DNA from: Catajapyx aquilonaris
Taxonomy: Eukaryota
Reading direction: 5' to 3'
Assembly: GCA_000934665.2 (NCBI GenBank)
Contig: JYFJ02002695.1
Location: 1 to 53,360, forward strand
DNA: 53,360 nt
Shown: positions 12,537 to 26,452 of the stretch, piece by piece
Position numbering within the stretch: position 1 is the stretch's first letter
Layout of the letters: every line of letters begins with the position of its first letter
The notes under the pieces: model-generated
The model's input: the letters and a program-made list of their open reading frames with translations, nothing else
Told to the model about the DNA's origin: nothing
Database searches by the model: none
Translations under genes and position numbers: made by a program

Positions 12537-15500
12537 TTTGTGGGTAATGCTTTCACCCCTTCCCGGGTATATCGCATGGACCTTTATTGTATTTTGAGTT
12601 GTTCAGTACATGGTGCCTATTTAATTAAAGCCCGGGCCCACGGGCAGGATGACAGGAGGGGATGTGCAAGGTGCAGTGCATCTGACACTGTGGCCATTTT
12701 TAGTGAACTCCCCCGGGTGGTTTAGTCTGTGGAAATACCACCCGAGACAAAGCCAGAGGTGACCCAACAAGGTGAATAATGACAGCCGAATCACCTTAAC
12801 TGTTTATTATTCCCACACTGGTTTAAGCCAAGTGCTCAAAACATGCCGGAAATGGCGGGATAGTCAATTTTCTATATTTTCAATACTTTTTTTTTTTTAA
12901 TTATTTTATTTTATTTACCCCGTGAGACAACCTTTTCAATACTAATTGCAATGTACACTCTTCTGATGGCGACAATTCCAGCACACAGAGTGAGCGAAAC
13001 AAAAGCAGGTTGAAAAATACGTTGGTTCATGCTTAAAGGTGAGACTTTATCAGTGGGGCTTAACGTCGGCCTATTTCTGCGGCTAAGGCTCAACACCAAC
13101 GCCAGGGGGTGGTCCTCCTGCTGGAAATTTGGCCACTCTGGGGATCTTTAACGTGCACCCGCGCAATGTCACAAGCACACGGGACCGACGGCTTTACTTC
13201 CCCTCCTAAGGAAAGGGCACTCTCACTTTTCTACCACCCGGAGAAAAGTCACCGACCTCGGCCGGGTTCAAACCCACAACTTTGGGTCTAGAGGCGAGCG
13301 CGCTAACCACCAGACCACCAGCGCCGGCTAAGTTGAGACTGAGCTATATCTAATCAACAATTTTAATGCACGGCTCCATTGATGCAAATGCTGCACTAAT
13401 GTCCCATTTCCACGCACAAAATGTTGCCATTTATCACGTACGTGAAAATGGGCACCAATTATGCGATGGGTCGTGTCCATTCTTAAATTATGGAAACGAT
13501 TATGGCACGGTGGGTCCAGTCTGTCTGAAGGCGTATTTGACATGTTATCAATAATGCTCATGTGACAACGCACAAGACAAATTGCCTCCGAAGTGCGGAG
13601 AAGACGGCAGAAGGCAACATGACAACATACACACACGCTGAGTATGCCGACATGCACCTGACTCTAGGTGCATGTTATGGCGACTCAGACCAGATTTCCC
13701 AGTCGGCGACATCCCGATAGGAAGGTGTTCCTTCGCACAGATCAGCAACTTCGAGAAACGGGAACATTCCTAGCCCGACGCGAGGTGGGTGGTTGTCCAG
13801 GCGGTCTCATGCCATCTGAAGAGAAAGCCATCCTGAAGGCTATCGAGAATGATCCCCAATCCAGCACGAGACAAATTGGACGTCTCATACACAAGGGCAA
13901 GAGCCAAGTATGGCAAGTCTTGAGCCGCGATCGCCAGGACCCCTATCATTTCTGTACTGTACAAGACCTACGTCCTGAAGACTGTCCAAGGCGGAAGAAT
14001 TTTTGTGAATGGCTCCTACAGCAGAATGATGCCTTCCATGGGAAGGTTTTGTGGACTGATGAGGCTATGTTTACCCGAGAGGGCATACTCAACGGCCACA
14101 ATTCGCACCACTGGGCTCATGGCAACCCACACTACTACTGCGAGACACATTTCCAAACCAAATGGTCGGTGAACATGTGGGCCGGCATTCTGGGCGATCA
14201 CATCATCGGACCATTGTTTTTGCCAGCAAGGCTGACCGCTGACAGCTATTCGAGATTTCTCCACTAAGACCTGCCGGAATTATTAAAAGAGATTCCACTA
14301 AACCTGCCCCAAGGTATGTTTCATGTCTTATTCTTTCTCTTGGCTTCTACATGTCATCTCCAACTGACACCAAGGTGGGAACCTTGGTGTCTTCTAATTA
14401 CATTCAAATAGCTTTAGTTGTTTTGGTTCCTCATCATTCAATCAATCAATTATTGCCCCAAGGGACGTGGTGGCAGCAGGACGGAGCCCCACTCCAGTAT
14501 GGTCGAGTAATCTGGAGGCATCTAGACCTGGTGTACCCACATAGGTGGATAGGCAGAGAAGGACCCACACCGTGGCCTGCACACTCGCCCGACTTAACAC
14601 CGCTTGACTTCTACGTATGGGGACGGGTGAAAGAAGCAGTGTATGCCACGGTCCATGGATGTGTGGAGGAGCTGCAGGATCGTATCATCACCTGCTTTGC
14701 AGAAATGCATGCCGCAGCAGAGACACATCCGGCTGTCCGAGAATCCATCAGAGCCAGAGCGCGCCTTTGCGTACAACAGGAAAGTGGCCATTTCGAGCAA
14801 TTGCTCAAGTGACTTGAAACTCTCCAGGCCTGTTTCCACTGGCATCATTTTTGATCTGGACAAAATACTGGCCAGAACCATTTTTTGTTGTTAAGCGATT
14901 AATGATGAAGTAACAACATGATAATGATGAAGTTTGTTTAATTTTGTGCTTTTCATTTTGTGCTCGAATATTATGGCGGTGGACACAGGCCTTCAGACTA
15001 GACCCACCATGGTTTCCATAATTTAAGAATGGGCACGAGCCATCGCATAATTGGTGCCCATTTTCACGTACGTGATAAATGGCAACATTTTGTGCGTGGA
15101 AATGGGACATTAGTGCAGCACTTGCATCAATGGAGCCGTGCATTATAATTGTTGATTAGATTTACCTCAGTCTCAACTTTAAGCATGAACCAACGTATTT
15201 TTCAACCTGCTTTTGTTTCGCTCGCTCTATGTGCTGGAATTGTTGCCATCAGTAGATTGTACATTGCATTTAGTATCGAAAAGGCAGAAAATTGACTATC
15301 CCGCCATTTCCAGCATGTTTTGAGCACTTGGCTTAAACCAGTGTGGGGATAATAAACAGTTAAGGTGATTCGGCTGTCATTATTCACCTTGTTCACCCCA
15401 TCTTCCATTCAGCTGGGCAACAGATGCATTAAATGCTGCCTACAAGGGAAAAATGAGTGGGATTTAGCAAGGTCGTCTTGTGCTCGGGTCGCAATGTCGG

Positions 15501-18500
15501 GTTCATATCCTGGCCCCTAGGCAACCCCTATACGTGAGGGAGTCGAACTGATTGCCGCTCCTCCTGCACAAAAGCAAGTGGGTGGGTGGGTGGCTGCGAT
15601 TGTCTTAGGGGCGACCTCATCTTGATCATTGCTTATCTCATTACCGGTTACTGCCTCGACAATTCTCCTCCCTACATTTACGACTTGTTTTGGGCCAATG
15701 AGTGCACTGCCGGATGGAAGTGCGACTAGTATGTGACACCCTGTATATGATAACCAAAAATGAAGTCATTTCGGGTTGATGTTCATATTTGCAAAAGTTA
15801 TGAAGTGTTAAAGTGACAAAAATCTGAAAAATGGTACATTTCTATACGCAATAGGATTACGTTAGCGACCACATATAGTGGCATTGAAGTGTGTAATCAG
15901 TTTTGTTGTACCAAATACACATGATTTAACTGTCATACAGTTTATTTACACATAGTATGCAGTTCACTTTTTAACGAATATTTGATACAGAAACAAATAC
16001 CCGTAGGTATTGAAATGTGCAGAACAAAAGCTCATTTCATTACATATGAGTATGTCAACCTCCATAGAACAATACTTCTCTTTCAACTTGCCCTTATCTC
16101 ATTTGCGGCTGTGGCTAAATTTAAGAAACAACTCTGGCTAAATTTAAGAAACAACTCGAGATCTGTTTGGATGGCAGGCCATAAGGTTGCGTGTTTTCTT
16201 TAGATCAGAATTGTGATTGGTGCAATATGAGTCAGGTTTTTTCTTGTTACCACCTTATGTTTCAGTGTCCAATATTTAAAACGCCCCGCAATCAGTATCT
16301 GAACAATGTCCAACGTCACCCTCCGAATTGTTTTCACCTGACATTCCATGAACCAACTAAATTGATTATTTTTGATGTATAATTTGATATAATTTTTGCA
16401 TGTATGTAGGAAAGTACATGTCCATGTGTTCTGCATGAGGTTGTGTCCCCCTATAGGAGCAATGCTCCACAACGGGGTATTAAAAACAAACAAACAAAAC
16501 ATTGCAACTTTATTCCGTAGGTTCTAGAGATGCAGGATCTTTCCACCATACATGTATCTCCACAAAAAAGTCCACTGGGGTAGGATCTGGGCTTCTGGAG
16601 GGGCTACGCATTGTGAAACGTCTCATTCAAGACTTCACACACTGGGAGGCTAAACAAATGCAACTTTTCTATGGCAGGTTTGTTTCATGGATGAGAACAC
16701 TTTTTATTTGAATCATCAAGAACAATGTGTGGTGTAAAGATCCAAGATATCCAGCACCAATGGGATAGGATTGCAATGTTAACTCCAAATATGATTGAGA
16801 GGGTTGGGCACAACACAGAATAATCTTTTTTTTATCTGCTGAGCAACAAATGAAGCTCATATCAAAACAAACTAAGGGGAGACCAAAACTTTAGACATTT
16901 CTTAGCATTTCAAAACTTAAATCATTTAGATATACCTACAAGTTTTCGAGTTATAGGGTTTTTTAATCAGTGCATTCTTTTTCGATCACCCTGTATAACT
17001 TATTATTAACCTCACTATGAGTTGAGAATGAGCATACGTAGATGTTAAAAAGTCAGCACTTGTTTAAATTAATTTAAACAAAAAAATTTAAATTAAACCT
17101 GGTTTATTTAATTTTTTTAAACAGGGTTTTTGCAACCTTGGTTCCAAGTTTCAGGTCTTAGTTATTGAAAATTTTGCCTGATGCTCCCCACACGTTTTCC
17201 CACGCTTGAGTACATCGGGTTGGATGGTTCCGTGAACCCTGCTTGGCTGCTGCCCACTGAGAAAATGTGGAATTGGAAAATTGGCATCTTGTGCAAACTG
17301 CTTCTATTTCCTGCTCTGCTTCCTCACTGCAGAATTAAACAACCTAAGACCCTAAGTTAAATTGAGAGTCCAGACTAGGGTTGCTACATTTGTTCAACTA
17401 GTATTTTGAAATCACTGATTTTACTAGTTTCAGATAGCAAAAAATTGGACATCATTCATCACATCCATAAAAATCAAATTTAAAATTCTGTAAGGTTCCC
17501 TTTTTTTCTTTTTTTTTCATTACCCCTATGCTAACCTTGTTGGTCTTAAGGGGGGAAAGGAGGTTCCCAAGAGGGGGGCTCTGTATGATATAACTGTAAC
17601 CCCCAGACCTTTTCTCCGGGCCCCGGGCAGAGTAGGAAGTGCAATTCTGCCCAGGCATGTCGGGTGAAAAGCGGAAAAGACCCGGCCAAGCAGAGGTGAC
17701 GGGGACGGGATTTGAACCTTGGCCTCCCGCTTGGCTGGCCAGCAGCATAGCCGCTAGACCACCATGCCTCCCCGGAAGGTTCCTATTAAGTTCTGTGTCC
17801 ATTTAAACAGCAAAAAAATATAAATACAAATTCACAACTTTCAAGACTTAGTCAGATATTAACAGGGTTATTCCAGACCATGTAGGTCCTTAAACCCCGG
17901 GCCCCTGGTGGGGCCTGTGTTTCAAGACTAGAATTTTGCAGCCTGGGACAACATATGCGAAGAAAACCAGCCCCCTGCAACTCCCATGATACGGTAGTGT
18001 ACCTACAGAGTCTCCACCAGCCCAGAATTTGGCGCTGGTGCAGCTCCACAGGCATCTTACGATTCAGGTGGACGCCTGAACCAACCCAAATCATCCTTTC
18101 CATTGCAGCTGGGTCTGGAGGGCATTCACAAACTCGCCAGTCAGCCACCCGAATCACAAGATGCCCCTGGAGCTGCCCCAGCGCCAAATTCCAGGCTGAT
18201 GGAGACTCTCTCAGTCTCAGTCCACAACTGTCACCATAAGGCTAGGCTGGGAGTTGCAGGGAGCTGGAGAAAACGGTTGCACTTTCTCCAACTAACACTA
18301 AAATCTATTGAAGCACTCAGCAAAATCAATCCTGCATCATTGCCTTTCTCTTGGCTCTACTATTACTGTCAATGTAAATTAGGCAGAATGATAAATTAGA
18401 GTAGACCTTACTGAAGCAGCGCAACTCTGGTTTCCATATGAAATAAAAAGCAAGTCTACTTGTGGCTGAGTAACTACTTATATTTGAACGACTCTTAAAT

Positions 18501-19867
18501 GTGCATGCAAAGGAAAGAAAAAAAGGTGAAAATTTTCAACTTTCATCCCCTTTCCGAGGGGCCAGAGGGGCCCTGAGGCGCCATAGAGTATGTCTCGATG
18601 GACAAGTTTTCTCAGACAAGAGGACTCGGGCCGACTCTGGCACGAGAAACTTTTACGTGGATACCCAGCTCTAGACCCTTCACTCTAAACTGCATGGCCT
18701 ATGCCGATGTAATGATAATTGTCATCATCATCATCATCATCACCATCATGACATTTCCCTATAAGGGGTAGTCAGCGATGCAGGGAGACGCATGCTAACC
18801 CAACATATTATCCATGATAATTGTGCTTAACACTTAACTACCAACGTGGGGTATTTTTCTACCCCACAATGTAGATAATACCATCGCGATTAATAAATTT
18901 TGTATGAAATGAAAAATGGCAGGCCTATATTCCTCAGACATACTTTCTTCGATCCAAAGAAAATTTTTGACATTAGTAGATTTTTTTTTTTCGGAGTTAC
19001 CGGAACTTTTCTGCTGCTAAGCGTCCCTGTGGGGTAGAAATATACCCCACGTCGTAGCCAATGTACCTGGTGTCCAACAAGAATTGTCGCAAGCGGCAGC
19101 GCACGAACTACAGTCTCTCGTATACATGTGCTCGTAGATTGTAGTTCGTGCGCTGCCGCTGCGACAATTCTTGTTGGACTGATAGTACATAATTTTTTAG
19201 AGAGCACATCACAGCACATCACAGTGCATCACAGCAAAATTGTATTTTATAAAGTGTGAGTGTTGTTATTCAGCAATAAATATTGCTCGGAACTAAAATC
19301 TTGCAGACCCTGTAGCTGGGAATGTTTACGTTATAAGTCATTACTTACGGCATCGAGCTGGAAGGCTACGAAGGTGCGATAACGGAGTTTCAAGTCCCTG
19401 ATGACTCAACTAATGGTCACAGGAGATCGATATTTTTTTACACATACAGATGAGAATACAGGCCGAATTTAGCGCGGAAGAATGGCTTTAGTGCTATTAA
19501 GGCAATTTTGTTAAAAAATGAAAACCGCGTGGGGTAGAAAAATACCCCACGTCGTAGCCAATGTATGGCAGGTTCACGTCGGTAGTTAAGTGTTAACAAA
19601 AATAGCAAATGAAATGCTCCACTGGAATGTTCCACAAGTTTAAGTTAGTCCACCAAGCAAGCATGGTAAGAGTCGTTAAGAAATTTGCTTTTTCGATATA
19701 CCGGTTCTTCCTCCACAAGTTTCACATTCCCCTAATTGCAACTTACCGCTGTCAATATGTATACCAGTTCTCATAAACTTCCTCCGGGCAACAAGGCCAC
19801 TTAATACTCGGGGCCGCTTGGACACAACGCTCTTCCTCGGCTGAATCAGATCACACAGAGTAGGCAT
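2068..19867 (-). CDS. Sgo1: Shugoshin (Sgo1/MEI-S332 family) centromeric cohesion protector, spliced gene model, 567 aa
   Basis: Exons 19867-19747, 11789-11602, 11220-10911, 10820-10352, 10280-9910, 3421-3278, 2234-2150 and 2083-2068 join in compatible phase (1704 nt, ends TAA). N-terminal coiled coil KLHSNNRCLAKALEEAH...LLRAENNDLRIEL; C-terminal basic SGO motif LRRRQAAGRATYKEPSLRKKLRQ*. Confidence 0.88.
2150..2234 (-). CDS. Sgo1: Shugoshin coding exon 7, SGO motif
   Basis: HSKDPGSRELRRRQAAGRATYKEPSLR(K), bounded by a catag acceptor and a GTGAGT donor. Confidence 0.9.
3278..3421 (-). CDS. Sgo1: Shugoshin coding exon 6 (GC-type donor)
   Basis: ttttttgattctcag acceptor (phase 1). The only consensus-like phase-1 donor is AG|GCAAGT at 3277. 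Confidence 0.65.
   Translation of the reverse strand: MQPQQMWKSKEVHLQFAPSLLLHHALQQRRWDLPMSRTLPGIDLCLI
3451..4369 (+). mobile_element. Mariner element, internally deleted (non-autonomous)
   Basis: 29-bp TIRs CGAGGGGTGTTATATAAGTT(T/C)GTGGTTTC with 1 mismatch, TA target duplication. Transposase from 3631 with HTH, DDPRSGRP and WVPRML, a frameshift at TG/DETW, and most of the catalytic domain deleted. Confidence 0.93.
4420..4761. mobile_element. PIF/Harbinger-type MITE
   Basis: TIR GGGGTCGTCCATAnACCACGTGACCG with TAA duplication on both sides; inserted into a TACAGGGTG Tc1-like end at 4403. Confidence 0.85.
4812..5320. mobile_element. Palindromic (foldback) MITE
   Basis: Arms TATGGAAGTGAAGGTCATATTGCTCTACG... 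and its reverse complement pair almost to the centre near 5040. Confidence 0.8.
5888..6187 (-). mobile_element. tRNA-derived SINE, family A
   Basis: tRNA-like head with A/B-box-like motifs, (TTA)n tail, 13-bp TSD TCACTTTCACTAT; second copy at 20787-21050. Confidence 0.85.
6634..6976. mobile_element. hAT-type MITE
   Basis: TIR CAGTGGCGGATT / AATCCGGCGCTG; perfect 8-bp TSD ACTGTTCC. Confidence 0.88.
7246..8197. mobile_element. Non-autonomous hAT element
   Basis: TIR CAGTGTTCGAAATT / AATTTCGAACCCTG; perfect 8-bp TSD AGTAACAT. Confidence 0.88.
8547..9210 (+). pseudogene. Truncated Tc1/mariner-superfamily (DD41D-like) element relic
   Basis: TACAGGGTG end; decayed transposase SVTQVQRWWRR and QAPSPEDCDVRMEFC...ILLSNEPVFHVGGFV. 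Confidence 0.65.
9579..9884 (-). mobile_element. tRNA(Gly)-like SINE, family B, with (CA)n tail
   Basis: Head GCATGGTGGTCTAGTG...GCCAAGCGGGAGGCCGGGGTTCAAATCCCG; copies at 17500-17775 and, decayed, about 35225-35440. Confidence 0.85.
9910..10280 (-). CDS. Sgo1: Shugoshin coding exon 5 (Ser-rich, basic KKPQKKRK stretch)
   Basis: tttttctttcag acceptor, G|GTAAGT donor, open frame, phases match. Confidence 0.85.
10352..10820 (-). CDS. Sgo1: Shugoshin coding exon 4 (S/P-rich, low complexity)
   Basis: ttttttttggtag acceptor, AG|GTAAGG donor, open frame, phases match neighbours. Confidence 0.85.
10911..11220 (-). CDS. Sgo1: Shugoshin coding exon 3
   Basis: ttgtttttccag acceptor (phase 0), G|GTGAGT donor; contains KVSPMVGGHTIRKPHINLHRI. 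Confidence 0.85.
11602..11789 (-). CDS. Sgo1: Shugoshin coding exon 2, N-terminal coiled coil (PP2A-binding region in this family)
   Basis: ttaattcacag acceptor, GTAAGT donor; LAESRAKLHSNNRCLAKALEEAHIEKQQLRKVEALLRAENNDLRIELSNTRQMHLSEIEEMR. Confidence 0.9.
12462..12765 (-). mobile_element. Retroposon fragment with long (TTA)n tail inserted in the left TIR
   Basis: Absent from the right TIR; TSD AACA(G/A)GGTGAATAAT. Confidence 0.75.
13047..13328 (-). mobile_element. tRNA-derived SINE, family E (Meta-domain-like body), in the left TIR
   Basis: Head with A/B boxes, body GTAAAGCCGTCGGTCCCGTG...GTGCACGTTAAAGATCCC, imperfect TSD TAA(A)G(G/T)TGAGACT. Confidence 0.8.
13619..14812 (+). pseudogene. 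DD41D transposase pseudogene
   Basis: MTTYTHAEYADMHL..., VLWTDEAMF, WWQQDGAP, WIGR.GP.PWPAHSPDLTPLDFYVWG, GHFEQLL; 41 residues between the 2nd and 3rd Asp. Frameshift near 13690, stop at 14265, insert at 14314-14462. Confidence 0.88.
15980..16500 (+). mobile_element. 3' end of a LINE (RTE-X-like), CCHC zinc finger plus structured tail
   Basis: CDWCNMSQVFSCYHLMFQCPIFKTPRNQYL (C-x2-C-x9-H-x4-C), then CCCCTATAGGAGCAATGCTCCACAACGGGGTA and an (AAAC)n tail. Confidence 0.65.
17500..17775 (-). mobile_element. SINE family B copy
   Basis: Colinear with 9615-9884; TSD AAGGTTCC. Confidence 0.85.
17967..18267. repeat. Degenerate inverted repeat / MITE
   Basis: CCAGCCCCCTGCAACTCCCA...AGAGTCTCCACCAGCCCAGAATTTGGCGCTGG mirrored at 18140-18267. 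Confidence 0.7.
18831..19592. mobile_element. piggyBac-type non-autonomous element
   Basis: TTAA on both sides, TIR CACTTAACTACC(A/G)ACGTG, repeated palindromic GTGGGGTAnnnnnTACCCCAC motifs, internal hairpin at 19072-19179. Confidence 0.8.
19747..19867 (-). CDS. Sgo1: Shugoshin coding exon 1 (MPTLCDLIQPRKSVVSKRPR...IHIDS)
   Basis: ATG at 19867 just after a ttcattctctag acceptor; phase-1 donor G|GTAAGT at 19746 matches the next exon. A 5' UTR exon donor GTAAGG lies at 19942. Confidence 0.75.
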
Positions 19868-19942
19868 GGTTCCCCTAGAGAATGAACCAAGCCAATTAAA
19901 ATACATCATTCACGCATTCGAACCAAGCAGAACTGACCTTAC

Positions 19943-20459
19943 GCTGAAGGCTGGCTCGCCTACAAATGGAAATCGAAGCACGAAAAGTCACTAAATAAAA
20001 AATGAGACGCCGTCAGGTGCTGGGTTGGGAAAATCGAAAAGACGCAAAGGGATAGTCGCTTAGTGGTACACAAAACGTGACATGCGGCCCTCCACGACTT
20101 TCTAGTAGTTAGTAGACTTCTGCTCCCTTGTACTTGTTCTAACCGTCACACCACTCACACGTCACAGAGCCTCTGGAGGGTGGTCGTCTAACCGATTCCT
20201 CTTGTGACGAAATAGCAACACTGTTACCTAAGAGAGGTAGATAATAGCTACTGAAAGAGTCATCCAAAAGTATTAGCTTATGTCAACTGCTATTTTTTCT
20301 AAAGGAGGATTATCTCTAAAACTGGTCATTTAAAATGCACATTTTCAGTATGGTAATAAGGTTAGGTTGTATTTCATTTACTTCGGAGTCATAAACTGGC
20401 GTCGATCGATAGCATCATGAGCATTGTCGTTCGCACGTGCTCTACCGTCAGTCAGAAAA
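19943..20459. promoter_or_regulatory. Putative bidirectional promoter / 5' UTRs between shugoshin and TatD
   Basis: Divergent start codons at 19867 (-) and 20460 (+) are about 600 bp apart. CpG-containing segment with no recognisable TE. Confidence 0.6.

Positions 20460-26452
<5,993 letters not shown>

Larger units (their letters stand above)
12101..15743 (+). mobile_element. Long-TIR Tc1/mariner-superfamily element, DD41D (rosa/Visitor-type)
   Basis: CAGGGTGTC ends with TA duplication. TIRs of about 755 bp (12101-13531 with insertions; 14989-15743) flank a decayed transposase. Confidence 0.9.
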
